Counted from the first letter of the stretch, positions 51,385 through 61,033 are shown. The stretch: 64,000 bases of DNA from Candidatus Hydrothermarchaeota archaeon (GCA_046760505.1 JBHIEG010000011.1:1-64000), one strand, 5' to 3'. Notes: generated by a model from the sequence alone, not told the origin. Program-made: numbers and translations.

Positions 51385-52095
51385 CTAGCTCTCCGGGGCT
51401 TTTTTACGCACGATAACAACGTACCTAGATGTAAAAAAATTTAATGGAAACATCTTTCTCAAATACCTATGAATCTTTACCCACATACCAAACATATGCT
51501 TAGAAAGTCTCTGAGGAAAGTATTCGTGCCCAAGTCTTTTAATTTCATATTCAAATCCGAGTTCATTGAATATCTCTCTTATTTCTTTCTCAGAATACCA
51601 GAAATCGAATAAAGAACTGTTTTTCCCGAAAAAATTGAAAATTTTAAACAAATAGCCGTTAAAAGATTCTATTTTTGGAAAAGATATGATTACTAGATTA
51701 TTAGAGGCTCTTATCATCTCTCTTATCATCTTTGTCGATTTAAATACAGCGGTTAATCCTGCTGAGTTAACTACATCAAAACTATTATCTTTAAAGGGTA
51801 AGTATTCTGCATCTCCTCTAACGAGAAAGCATGAGGAGTTTACTTTGTTTAACATTTCCGCTGAAAAATCTAATCCACAAACAAAGTCTGATATTTTGGA
51901 TAATTCTCTTAGAAATCTTCCTGTTCCGCATCCAACATCTAATATGCGGTCCTTTTTAGAGACATTCATGATTTTTAAATGCTCATATAGACCCTCCTTT
52001 CTCACCTCCCCTAAAATAGATGGAGCATCGAGATCATGATATCTATTTGCTCTAAAATCATAGTACCGGAGGATCTTCTCCTTCAAGGAGGACAC
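51385..52095 (-). CDS. Class I SAM-dependent methyltransferase
   Basis: ILDVGCGTG, GLDFSAEML, GDAEYLPFKDNSFD. Confidence 0.9.
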   Translation of the reverse strand: MSSLKEKILRYYDFRANRYHDLDAPSILGEVRKEGLYEHLKIMNVSKKDRILDVGCGTGRFLRELSKISDFVCGLDFSAEMLNKVNSSCFLVRGDAEYLPFKDNSFDVVNSAGLTAVFKSTKMIREMIRASNNLVIISFPKIESFNGYLFKIFNFFGKNSSLFDFWYSEKEIREIFNELGFEYEIKRLGHEYFPQRLSKHMFGMWVKIHRYLRKMFPLNFFTSRYVVIVRKKAPES

Positions 52096-52354
52096 TCTTA
52101 ACCCCCCTGTAAAACTCAGGTCTTATCCTCACATAAGTCGTCTTCATTTCCCCTGATTTATATTCAAAGTCTTCAATGAGTTCCTCTAACTTTTCTGTCC
52201 TCTCTGCATTAAACTTATCCTTTAATAATTTGATTTCTCCTGCTGATCCGCCTCTATACCCGAAAAAGCATAGGATCAACAGGTAATTTTTTTCTTTCTG
52301 TTCTAGTTCAGAGATTTTTTTCCTTACATAAACTTCAATATCTTTGAGGACCAT
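52058..52354 (-). CDS. Hypothetical protein
   Basis: 98 aa with GGTGG RBS; overlaps the methyltransferase start. Confidence 0.55.
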   Translation of the reverse strand: MVLKDIEVYVRKKISELEQKEKNYLLILCFFGYRGGSAGEIKLLKDKFNAERTEKLEELIEDFEYKSGEMKTTYVRIRPEFYRGVKSVLLEGEDPPVL

Positions 52355-52371
52355 ATTACCACCGGGATAAT

Positions 52372-52968
52372 ATGAATTTCAAGGACTTTCACGGGCACAT
52401 CTGTCCAATGTCCATACTTGGTATCAAGATGTCTAACTATGCTCTAAAACTTTTGGATATCAACTCAAAAAAAGAGGGGATCATAGCGATTCCCGAAATA
52501 AGAAACTGCATGGTGGATGGAATACAGTGGACTATTGGCGCCACTTTCGGAAAGACAAATCTTATTTTTAGAGATATCGGGAAATATGCGTGTGTATTCA
52601 GCAGGGAGAAGGACGGAAGGTCTCTCAGGATAAAAATAAAAGATGATATAGTTGAAAAAAGTCTTGAATACGGAAAAGAAGCCCAAATGGTCCGTAAAAG
52701 ACTTTCTAAAATGGATGAAGAAGAAAAAAGATGGGAATTGGAACTGCTGTTCAGAAAGGGAAGGAACATAGTTGACTACATAGAAAAAAAGGACTATGAA
52801 GATCTCTTCGAGGTGAATGATGTAGAGCTGAATCTTAAGATAGAGGAAGATTCCCTTGATGTAAAAAGGTGTGATAAATGCGGAGAAATCACTTTGAAAG
52901 AAAAATTGACGGACAATTTATGCAAAGATTGCCTGGATCCTTTCTATTCTATAAAAACTATTCCATAA
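52372..52968 (+). CDS. FmdE-family protein with C-terminal Zn finger
   Basis: FHGHICPMSILG, NCMVDGIQ, GATFGK, CDKCGE..CKDC. Confidence 0.88.
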   Translation: MNFKDFHGHICPMSILGIKMSNYALKLLDINSKKEGIIAIPEIRNCMVDGIQWTIGATFGKTNLIFRDIGKYACVFSREKDGRSLRIKIKDDIVEKSLEYGKEAQMVRKRLSKMDEEEKRWELELLFRKGRNIVDYIEKKDYEDLFEVNDVELNLKIEEDSLDVKRCDKCGEITLKEKLTDNLCKDCLDPFYSIKTIP

Positions 52969-52988
52969 AGGATTATTAATCATCTATA

Positions 52989-53885
52989 TCAGAAGAAATA
53001 CTTGTGCATGCAATCATTTCTAAGTATCTCTTCGTACTTCTTTTTTATATTTTGAGTCATCCAGGGCTTTATTTCATGTACTGCGTCCAAGAAATCTTTC
53101 ATAGATATTTCATCAAATGAATCTCCTCTCTCCTTAATTGCATTTAAGGCTGCTCTCCTACATAATGCTTCAAGATCCCATCCAACAAAGTTTTCTGTTT
53201 TTCTGGCTATTTCCTCAAGATTAACATCTCTTGCAAGAGGATAATTCTTTGTATACATTTTTAGGATCTTCAATCTATCTTCTTGACTGGGAGGAGGAAC
53301 ATAGATCTTTTTCTCAAGTCTACCTCTCCTAAAAATCGCCATATCAACTACATCAAGTCTGTATCCCGATCCTACCACTAAAATATAGGAATCTTCTTTT
53401 AATGAATCTATGCCTTTGAATACTATCTCAGAGACTTCTTTGGATGCTATCTTATCTGGTTTTCCCCTCTCATCTCGATTTCCCCAATCGTAGGAACAAT
53501 TTCTTCTTGGAACAATCCAGTCCAGATCGCTGATATGCATAATGCATGGTTTATTTTCTCTGGCAAGCTTAAAAGCCTTAGAAACAGCCTCTGGAAGATC
53601 TGTTACCTCTCTTCCTCTGAGATAAACGTAGTTAACTCCGGCTTCACTTGCAGAGGCTTCTGCTAGAATAGCCTTTCCTGACCCAAGCGGACCCCATAAA
53701 AAAACACCAGTTGGAACCTTAAGATTTAATTTATTGAATGTTTTCATATGTTTTAAGGGAATGCAAATCATTTCCCTGATTTTTTCCTTTACCTCTTCGA
53801 GTCCAGCGATATCATCGAACGTTACCCTTGGCTTCCTCACATCGAGATAGGCGTTGTGATAGTGCATGGTCACACCAAAAGGCAT
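52989..53885 (-). CDS. Single-domain CDC48-like AAA+ protein with degenerate Walker motifs
   Basis: VTFDDIAGLEEVK, GPLGSGKA, HISDLD, RRGRLE, FVGWDLEALCRRAA. Confidence 0.85.
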   Translation of the reverse strand: MPFGVTMHYHNAYLDVRKPRVTFDDIAGLEEVKEKIREMICIPLKHMKTFNKLNLKVPTGVFLWGPLGSGKAILAEASASEAGVNYVYLRGREVTDLPEAVSKAFKLARENKPCIMHISDLDWIVPRRNCSYDWGNRDERGKPDKIASKEVSEIVFKGIDSLKEDSYILVVGSGYRLDVVDMAIFRRGRLEKKIYVPPPSQEDRLKILKMYTKNYPLARDVNLEEIARKTENFVGWDLEALCRRAALNAIKERGDSFDEISMKDFLDAVHEIKPWMTQNIKKKYEEILRNDCMHKYFF

Positions 53886-53958
53886 CTTAATCTATTCTTA
53901 ATTTATACTGTTTCTATCCTCCATAACCTGTCTTCATTATTCTCCATTAACTACTTCC

Positions 53959-55059
53959 TTACCCTATGCTGTTCAATATATCCAGCAGTTTAGAAATGTC
54001 TTCCTCGCTGTTGTATATGTGGGGTGAAAACCTTATGTATTCTCGAAAAGATGCTATAACACCTTTATTTAAGAGATATTTTTCATTCAAATTATTTTTA
54101 ATTGAAATAATCCCTGATCTATTTTTTCTTTCAAAAGAACTCAATAATTCGAATTTTTCTAGTCCTTCTAAGAGCGATGTAGCCAGATCAAGTACTCTTT
54201 TTTGAATTTTCTTTAATCCTATTGAAAATATAAGTTCGAGAGCGGATTTCATCCCGATGATAGCCGAGATATCCATATTTCCTATCTCAAATCTGGATGC
54301 TGAATCTTTTAACTCATATCTGTAAATATTCATGGCTTTGTAATCTTTGACGGATAACCAGCCTAGAATAGGCGGATCGTCTATTAATTCTTCCTTTATA
54401 TAGAAAATTCCAGATCCTAACGGAGAAAGAAGCCATTTGTATCCGCCTGCTGATAAAAAATCAATATTGTAGCTCTTTACATCCATTTCAAAGACTCCAA
54501 GTGATTGGGTAGCATCCACGTGGAGTAAAACACCCTTTTCAACGCAGATCTTTCCTATCTCATTTAAATCTACTCTGAAGCCATTGCCGTACATCACTGA
54601 GCTTATTGAAACCAACTTTGTGTTATCATCGATTTCTCTCTCCAATTCTTCTGGCAGTAGTTTTCCACCTACGTTCCTCACGTACTTTATCTCTACCCCT
54701 TTTCTCCTAAGATTTAGGAAAGGATATATGTTTGCTGGAAAATCTAGGTCGCTTACGATCACGTTATCTCCCTTTTCCCAGTCTATTATTAAAGCCACAA
54801 GATTTACGCCCTCAGATGTATTCTTTACGAAGGCTATCTCAGATTCTTTAGCCCTGCAGATCTTTGCTGCCAGTTTCCTGCAATCTTCTACTTCCTGAGA
54901 CCACTTATCGAAGCATAAAGATCCATAAATTGCTCTCTCAAGTTCAAATTTTCTCATAGAATCGATGACCGGATAGCAGTAAGGAGAAAGAGATGCCGCA
55001 TTAAAGTAGAGGAACTTATTTACGATTGGAAAAAGATTTCTTAAAGATTCGAATTTCAT
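53959..55059 (-). CDS. Aminotransferase class V PLP enzyme (cysteine desulfurase/selenocysteine lyase-like fold)
   Basis: YFNAASLSP, NTSEG, VDATQSLG, GGYKWLLSPLGSG, RFSPHIYN; no obvious NifS/SufS catalytic Cys loop. Confidence 0.88.
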   Translation of the reverse strand: MKFESLRNLFPIVNKFLYFNAASLSPYCYPVIDSMRKFELERAIYGSLCFDKWSQEVEDCRKLAAKICRAKESEIAFVKNTSEGVNLVALIIDWEKGDNVIVSDLDFPANIYPFLNLRRKGVEIKYVRNVGGKLLPEELEREIDDNTKLVSISSVMYGNGFRVDLNEIGKICVEKGVLLHVDATQSLGVFEMDVKSYNIDFLSAGGYKWLLSPLGSGIFYIKEELIDDPPILGWLSVKDYKAMNIYRYELKDSASRFEIGNMDISAIIGMKSALELIFSIGLKKIQKRVLDLATSLLEGLEKFELLSSFERKNRSGIISIKNNLNEKYLLNKGVIASFREYIRFSPHIYNSEEDISKLLDILNSIG

Positions 55060-55846
55060 CGGATCTTCCCTCTAAACATGTCTCTTTATCTCTAACCTCT
55101 TTCTTTAATAGATCCCAAATCTCCTGCCTTATTTCCGGAAACTTGGGATTTGTTTTTGCCTCATCTCTGGGTCTTGAGAGTTCTATATCTATTATTTCTT
55201 TTATCCTAGCAGGTCTTGAAGACATTACCGCTACTCTATCAGATAAATAAATGGCTTCGTCAATGTTGTGCGTCACGTAGATTATCGTTTTTTTCGTCCT
55301 ATTCCAAATTCTCAGCAACTCTCTCTGTAGATTCTCACTGGTCAGAGCGTCTACCGAAGCGAATGGCTCGTCCATCAAGAGCACGTCAGGATCTGTTGAA
55401 AGTGCCCTTGCAAGAGCGGCTCTCTGCATCATTCCTCCAGAAAGATCCCTTGGATAAACATCTTCGAAGCCCTTTAGCCCAACCAGTTCTATGTAATATT
55501 TTGCGATTCTCTCCCTTTCCCTCTTCTTTATTCTTCTTATCTCTAGTCCCAACTCAACATTTTTCATCACGGTTCTCCAGGGTAATAAGGCATAGCCCTG
55601 AAAAAGCATGCCTCTATCAAGTCCGGGTCCTTTAATCTCCTTACCGTTGATTTTTACGATTCCATGCGTGGGTTCTTCTAATCCTGCTATTATATTCAGT
55701 AGAGTTGTTTTTCCGCACCCGCTTGGTCCAACAATACCTAAAAACTCGCCATCTCTTACATCTAAGGACAAATCTTTTAAAACTACCAAATCAGAGTTAT
55801 CTAAGCGAAATACCTTTGTTAAGTTTTCTATACTTATCTTTGCCAT
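55016..55846 (-). CDS. SsuB/TauB/NrtD-type ABC importer ATP-binding subunit
   Basis: GPSGCGKTT, FQGYALLPWRTV, LSGGMMQR, LMDEPFASVDALT, RPARIKE..LSRPR. Confidence 0.93.
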   Translation of the reverse strand: MAKISIENLTKVFRLDNSDLVVLKDLSLDVRDGEFLGIVGPSGCGKTTLLNIIAGLEEPTHGIVKINGKEIKGPGLDRGMLFQGYALLPWRTVMKNVELGLEIRRIKKRERERIAKYYIELVGLKGFEDVYPRDLSGGMMQRAALARALSTDPDVLLMDEPFASVDALTSENLQRELLRIWNRTKKTIIYVTHNIDEAIYLSDRVAVMSSRPARIKEIIDIELSRPRDEAKTNPKFPEIRQEIWDLLKKEVRDKETCLEGRSDEIRIFKKSFSNRK

Positions 55847-55963
55847 ATTTGATCTCCACGATAAAGTGTCTGGAATGCCATAAGAACCACTGTAATCTCT
55901 TATATTTTTACTCTTTCATTTGAGATAACATTTAAGAAATAAGATTTAGACTCATTAGAAATA

Positions 55964-57031
55964 ATGAATGTTGCGAGAAAAAAGATATTACTGCAGTCAA
56001 AAGGAGTCAGAATAGATTTTGATCTGGAAAATAAGTTGAAAAAAAGATTTTCTGGCGTAACTCAGGACTTCATGTCATTTTTCATGGATGAAATTCCTGT
56101 TGGAATACTCAATGGATATTTTACTGAAGAATCTCCCTTTGAAATAAGGCAAATTGGAAATGAGCAATTTGTATTCAAGAGCGATGAGTTATTCGCTAAG
56201 ATAAGATTCTTACCTCGGCCCGATTTCTTGAACAAAAGGACTTCTGAGGGAATAAAAATGGAAGACCTTTGTAACTATGTCGCACCTGGTTTTCTTATCA
56301 TATATCTGAGTCAGAGATGTGTCTACTGGAGAGTAAAAAAACAGTGTAAATTCTGCGTTACAGAATATGAGGATAAACTGGCTGAGAAAAATAAAGAACA
56401 GATTGTGGAGTTGGTAGAACAGGCATTAAAAGAGGGGTCAATAAAGACTCATGTAAATCTTACTACCGGAACTCTAAAAGGACCTGATAGGGGGATTAAG
56501 CCTTTAGCTGAGGTAACGAATGCGATAAAAGAGAGATTCGACGTTAAGGTAAGTGTAAATGGAGAACCGCCTAGAGATCTTAAATATTTGGATTTACTGG
56601 AAAACGCGGATTCTTTGTACATAAACATCGAGATTTTTGATGAGAAATACAGAAAAGAATTGATGCCTGGAAAAGGAATGATACCCATAGAACACTATGT
56701 TGAGGTATTTAAAAAGTCTTTAGAGATATTTGACGAAAATCAGGTGTGCTCAACCCTTCTAGCTGGTCTACAGAGGGATGAGAAACTGTTAGAGGGAGCA
56801 GAGTTCCTAGCTCAGTTAGGGGTGTTACCGGTCGTACTGCCCTTTTATCCTAGACCATTCACACCATTAGAAAATTTAAAGCCTCCAGATGCTGAGAGAA
56901 TGGAAAAGATCTATGCAGAGACATCAGAGATAATAAAAGACTATGGATTAGATCCATTTAAGACAAAAGCAGGGTTCATGAGGGGAGGCGCTATCTTTGC
57001 ACTGAAAGAGGTTTATGAATCTTTATGTTAA
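55964..57031 (+). CDS. Radical SAM protein (MSMEG_0568-like)
   Basis: LLQSKGVR, CVYWRVKKQCKFC (Cx8Cx2C), LTTGT, GVLPVVLPFYP..FTPL...PP. Confidence 0.75.
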   Translation: MNVARKKILLQSKGVRIDFDLENKLKKRFSGVTQDFMSFFMDEIPVGILNGYFTEESPFEIRQIGNEQFVFKSDELFAKIRFLPRPDFLNKRTSEGIKMEDLCNYVAPGFLIIYLSQRCVYWRVKKQCKFCVTEYEDKLAEKNKEQIVELVEQALKEGSIKTHVNLTTGTLKGPDRGIKPLAEVTNAIKERFDVKVSVNGEPPRDLKYLDLLENADSLYINIEIFDEKYRKELMPGKGMIPIEHYVEVFKKSLEIFDENQVCSTLLAGLQRDEKLLEGAEFLAQLGVLPVVLPFYPRPFTPLENLKPPDAERMEKIYAETSEIIKDYGLDPFKTKAGFMRGGAIFALKEVYESLC

Positions 57032-57098
57032 TTAATCCAAAGGTTGCATTAAAATATCGGAAACTTTTAAATATCCTCAACTTCTTTAACTTGCAAAT

Positions 57099-58064
57099 AT
57101 GTATATTACTAGGTTAACACTAATCATGATTATTGTAATGCTACTTTTGAGCGGTTGCATTTCAAGAGTTCCTGAAAGAGAACTCCCAATGAGGATAGGA
57201 CAACTCAGCGGCGTTGCCAACGAGGAATACTTCGCGATATATAACAATTACTTCGAAAAGGAAGGATTGAACATCACATGGGTTCCTTTCAGGGGAGGAT
57301 CCGGTGTAGTTCAAGCGGCAATTGCAAACCAGATAGATGGCGGCGTGATGGGATCTGTACCTGCGGTTATAAAAGCTGTTTCCAGAGGAGTACCATTGAA
57401 AATTGTTGCAGTGGGAGCATTAGAAACTAAGGAACATTCTGGAGACAGGCTAGTTGTTTTAAAAAAATCAGGAATAAAGGATATCAAGGATCTAAAGGGC
57501 AAAAAGATTGCAGTGCATAGATTCGGAACAACGCTGGACTTTATAGTCAGAAGAGTATTAAAAGAGAACGGCATAGATCCGGTTAAGGATGTCACACTGG
57601 TTCAAGTGCCAGTGCCTCAAATGGTCCCGGTGCTTCAGAGAGGAGAGGTAGATGCTGCTTTCATCTTCCCCTATTTCTATCCTTATGTAAAAGACAACGT
57701 GACAATTTTAATCACTCCAGGAGACGTGTATCCAGAGGGATTTCCAATTAGTGTGGTTTTTTTCAGGGAAGAATTTATACAAGAGCACCCAGAAAAAGTT
57801 GAAAAATTCGTTAGGGCTTATCTAAAGGGTATTGAATGGGGAGAAAACAACCCCGACAAGTTACCGGATCTCGTTGTAAAATACACAGATATACCAAGAG
57901 AAATAGCCACAGAAATCCCATGGCCTGCAAATAATCCCTCAGGCAGGGTAGATTCGAAAACATTCGATAAAATAATAAGTGATATAAAAGATTACGATCC
58001 TACGCTTTTAGAAAAGAATGTTACAGGGGAAGATTTATTAGATTATAGATTCTTGCCTACTTGA
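57099..58064 (+). CDS. SsuA/THI5-type ABC substrate-binding lipoprotein
   Basis: Lipobox LLSGC; YFEKEGLNI, FRGGSG, IKDLKGKKIAV, GEVDAA. Confidence 0.9.
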   Translation: MYITRLTLIMIIVMLLLSGCISRVPERELPMRIGQLSGVANEEYFAIYNNYFEKEGLNITWVPFRGGSGVVQAAIANQIDGGVMGSVPAVIKAVSRGVPLKIVAVGALETKEHSGDRLVVLKKSGIKDIKDLKGKKIAVHRFGTTLDFIVRRVLKENGIDPVKDVTLVQVPVPQMVPVLQRGEVDAAFIFPYFYPYVKDNVTILITPGDVYPEGFPISVVFFREEFIQEHPEKVEKFVRAYLKGIEWGENNPDKLPDLVVKYTDIPREIATEIPWPANNPSGRVDSKTFDKIISDIKDYDPTLLEKNVTGEDLLDYRFLPT

Positions 58065-58737
58065 TTTCCTTATAAATTCCCTCTCCTGCGCAGGGGCGAC
58101 AGTATCTCTTTCCATCTTTTTCTACTGTTTTTCTCTCTTCCACCAGATCATTGCATCGAGCGCATTTTATCGCATTCGTTATGTATTGAGTGTCCAGAGG
58201 ATACATCATGTCCTCTGGATTCACTTTGACCTCTGAAACTATGAACAGTTCATCATCTCCCATTTTGTTCCATTTCTCTAACAATCCGTCTTCAATATCA
58301 AATAATTCCTTTCTCCATTTCTCTGCTTCTTCATCAGAGAGATTATCTACCTTTTCGTAAAATTTTGCCAACTCAGATCCATACCTTATGTGCTCTTCAT
58401 CAACATCTTCTCTGCACCTTATTCTAATGGTCTTGCCAGTTCTTCGATCGCAAAATATGGCTGCGAACTTTCCATAATCCTTGAAGGTTAATCTGCCGCT
58501 TCCAAAAGAGCAATTCGTTGCGCTGGCTATTCCATCTGCTGCACAGGTTAGAACCTCCACTGTAGCGCATAAATCTCTTTTCCTTTTAATATCAAGTTTT
58601 TTTAGAGCTAACATACCCATTCTGGCCCCTAAATAAGAGGCCGTACAGACATGACCATGTACTCTTCTCACGGTTTCTAGTATCTCATCGAGAGTCATTT
58701 CCTTCAGTTCTTTTAGACTCTTATCTCTCTTCTCCAT
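58057..58737 (-). CDS. FmdE-family protein with C-terminal Zn finger
   Basis: VHGHVCTASYLG, TCAADGI, CSFGSG, DYGKFAAIF, CARCND..CRPC. Confidence 0.88.
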   Translation of the reverse strand: MEKRDKSLKELKEMTLDEILETVRRVHGHVCTASYLGARMGMLALKKLDIKRKRDLCATVEVLTCAADGIASATNCSFGSGRLTFKDYGKFAAIFCDRRTGKTIRIRCREDVDEEHIRYGSELAKFYEKVDNLSDEEAEKWRKELFDIEDGLLEKWNKMGDDELFIVSEVKVNPEDMMYPLDTQYITNAIKCARCNDLVEERKTVEKDGKRYCRPCAGEGIYKEIK

Positions 58738-59477
58738 CTGGTCGTCCTCCTCTCTATTGCGAGCATAATTTCATTGAATATGAATCCTATCATGCCTATG
58801 GTAAATATTCCGGCGAACATCTTTTCGGTTTGAAATGCATATTCCGCATCCAATATCAAGAATCCCAAGCCTGCTCTAGCCCCAATCATTTCAGTTACAA
58901 TGAGCAGTATCAAAGAGACAGCAAGGGATAATCTTAGACCCGTGATTATAAATGGGGTCGCGCTAGGTAAGATTATCTTCGTAACTATTTGAAGGCGAGA
59001 AGCCTCGAACAATTTTGCCACGTTTACAAGGTTTAAATCCACGTGTCTCACTCCTGATATCGTGTTTAGAAGTATTGGAAAATAGCAGGCAAAAGCAATT
59101 ATCAGGATTTTTGAGGCATTTTCAATGCCCAACCATAAGATTGCGACAGGAATTAAAGCAGCAGCAGGTATAGGTCTAAACAACTCTACGATAGGATTAG
59201 AAATATCTTCAACAGTCCTAGACAAGGCTATCAGGATTCCATGGGGTATAGCGATAATCGCTGCTATGAAAAAACCGGAGAGCGCTCGATAGAGACTTAC
59301 CTTTACATGTGTAATCAATTCTCCGTTCATTATAAGCGTGATGAAGGTTAGAAGAACCTTAGAAGGTGCTGGAAGGAAAAGAGAACTCACTAAACCTAGA
59401 TCACAGAAAACTTCCCATAAAAAGAAAAATATCAAGAGAGAGCCAATTCTTAGAAGGTATCTCCGATTCAATTTCAT
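58713..59477 (-). CDS. SsuC/TauC-type ABC permease
   Basis: LPAPSKV, SLYRALSGF, RPIPAAALIP, PILLNTISGV, LPSATPFIITGLR, EMIGARAGLG. Confidence 0.93.
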   Translation of the reverse strand: MKLNRRYLLRIGSLLIFFFLWEVFCDLGLVSSLFLPAPSKVLLTFITLIMNGELITHVKVSLYRALSGFFIAAIIAIPHGILIALSRTVEDISNPIVELFRPIPAAALIPVAILWLGIENASKILIIAFACYFPILLNTISGVRHVDLNLVNVAKLFEASRLQIVTKIILPSATPFIITGLRLSLAVSLILLIVTEMIGARAGLGFLILDAEYAFQTEKMFAGIFTIGMIGFIFNEIMLAIERRTTRWRREIRV

Positions 59478-60503
59478 TTAAAACACCAGTGGTATTTCAT
59501 TTCCGCATTTACATTTTTTTTCCATTAATTTCCAATCAGTAATGTCGTATCCTTCCCTTTTTATAATTAGATTCTTGCATTTGGGACAGTATGTGTTTTT
59601 CCCAGGATGGGAATAAATGTTCTCCAAGTAAACGTATTCCAATCCGCTTTCATAAGCGAGATTTAACGCTGATTCCATCACATCTAAGGGAGTAGAACTT
59701 ATATTGTCCATCCTGTAACTCGGTATATATCGAAGAAAAATTAGCGGAGAGTTCAAAAGCCCCGCAAAATTAATTACTTCTCCCAAATTTTTTTGATAAT
59801 TAGGTATTAAGACATAAACGATTTCTAAATGAATTTTTTCCTCTTTTATAAATAAAGCAAGGTCTCTTATTTCATTCAAGACTTTTTTTCTTGAACTCCC
59901 ACAAACGTTTCTGTAGAATGAATCATCTCCTTTTAGAGAGATGATAACTGCATCCGTGTAATTAGATATGTGCTTAAAGGCATCTTTTGAAATTAATCCG
60001 TTTGTAGCAAATACATTTAATAATTTTTTTTCATCAGCGTCTTTCATTATTTCTGAATAGTACTCTAAGTTGAGAGTTGGTTCAGAATGAGTGTATACGA
60101 TGCCCTTACAATCGAGTTCTAAAGCTGCCCTAACAAGTTTCTTAGGCATCAAGAAGACGGTACTTATTTCTTCAAGCGGAACCTGAGTAATGTTCCAAGT
60201 TAAGCAAAATTCGCACCTGAGGTTGCATCCAGCACTTCCTATCATCAAAAAACGATTGTTTGGGTAGAAATGAAAGCATGGTGTTTTTTCTATAGGATCT
60301 ACGCTAAAACTGGTAAGTTTCCCGTAAATAAGATTGTATAATTTTCCTTTTCGGTTTTCTCTTACCCCGCAAAATCCTCTTCTTCCCTCTTCAATCGTGC
60401 ATTGAAAAATACAAAGCTTGCACCTTATCTTACCGTTATTTTTAGAGTAGAACATCGCCTCCTTCATCAAAGAGCCTTTGGACAAGATGATATAAAAATT
60501 CAT
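59478..60503 (-). CDS. Second, divergent AmmeMemoRadiSam-like radical SAM protein
   Basis: CKLCIFQC..GFCGVREN, DPIEKTPCFHFYP, GCNLRCEFC, C-terminal CPKC..CKC; start may be 60467. Confidence 0.85.
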   Translation of the reverse strand: MNFYIILSKGSLMKEAMFYSKNNGKIRCKLCIFQCTIEEGRRGFCGVRENRKGKLYNLIYGKLTSFSVDPIEKTPCFHFYPNNRFLMIGSAGCNLRCEFCLTWNITQVPLEEISTVFLMPKKLVRAALELDCKGIVYTHSEPTLNLEYYSEIMKDADEKKLLNVFATNGLISKDAFKHISNYTDAVIISLKGDDSFYRNVCGSSRKKVLNEIRDLALFIKEEKIHLEIVYVLIPNYQKNLGEVINFAGLLNSPLIFLRYIPSYRMDNISSTPLDVMESALNLAYESGLEYVYLENIYSHPGKNTYCPKCKNLIIKREGYDITDWKLMEKKCKCGNEIPLVF

Positions 60504-61033
60504 TCTTGAGATTCTTTGAATAACACCTCATCAAAGAAATCAGCCAAGAATCCAGATAATAAAGCACTAAGAAAAGTTGCAAAGGAGATTAAACAAACAA
60601 GTAATAATCCAAAGACAGGGTCATTTGGTTTAACAAAAGCAAAAAATGCATATGCCTGGGGGAAACTTAAAACAATTGATCTTGAAGCGGTAAGGGCGGT
60701 TACAGATCCTAACGTAGCGCCTTGTTTGAGGAGAGTCGATAGCAGGGGCAACCTAAACAGACCTTTAGGAGGAGTTATGGTACCGAGTAGCACACCATAT
60801 AGAAGTCCTTTCTTTCCTGCTTTCTTACCCAAGAGTTTAGAAACGATATTTTCAGGCATGAAGTTTTGAGTTAAGCCTGCTAACAACATTGCCACTATCA
60901 CAAGAGGTAGCACTTCGAAAAAAAGGTCTACCGTAAATGAAAGAGCCTCCTTAAATCTAGAGCTGTCCAGTGTAAAGAGGGCAAAATAAAAGGCGAGTAC
61001 TATATATAAGATCCATTGCTCACTTTTTCTCAC
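60500..61033 (-). CDS. DUF318/ArsP-like permease half
   Basis: Start reassigned to the GTG at 61033 (GTGA overlap); MPENIVSKLLG..G..GLLYGVLLGTITP..LPLLSTLLKQGATLG. Confidence 0.75.
   Translation of the reverse strand: MRKSEQWILYIVLAFYFALFTLDSSRFKEALSFTVDLFFEVLPLVIVAMLLAGLTQNFMPENIVSKLLGKKAGKKGLLYGVLLGTITPPKGLFRLPLLSTLLKQGATLGSVTALTASRSIVLSFPQAYAFFAFVKPNDPVFGLLLVCLISFATFLSALLSGFLADFFDEVLFKESQE

Noticed and set aside
52989-53000. HbYX proteasome-docking motif on the AAA protein
   Set aside because: The C-terminus is KYFF, with Phe rather than Tyr in the penultimate position; not supportable.
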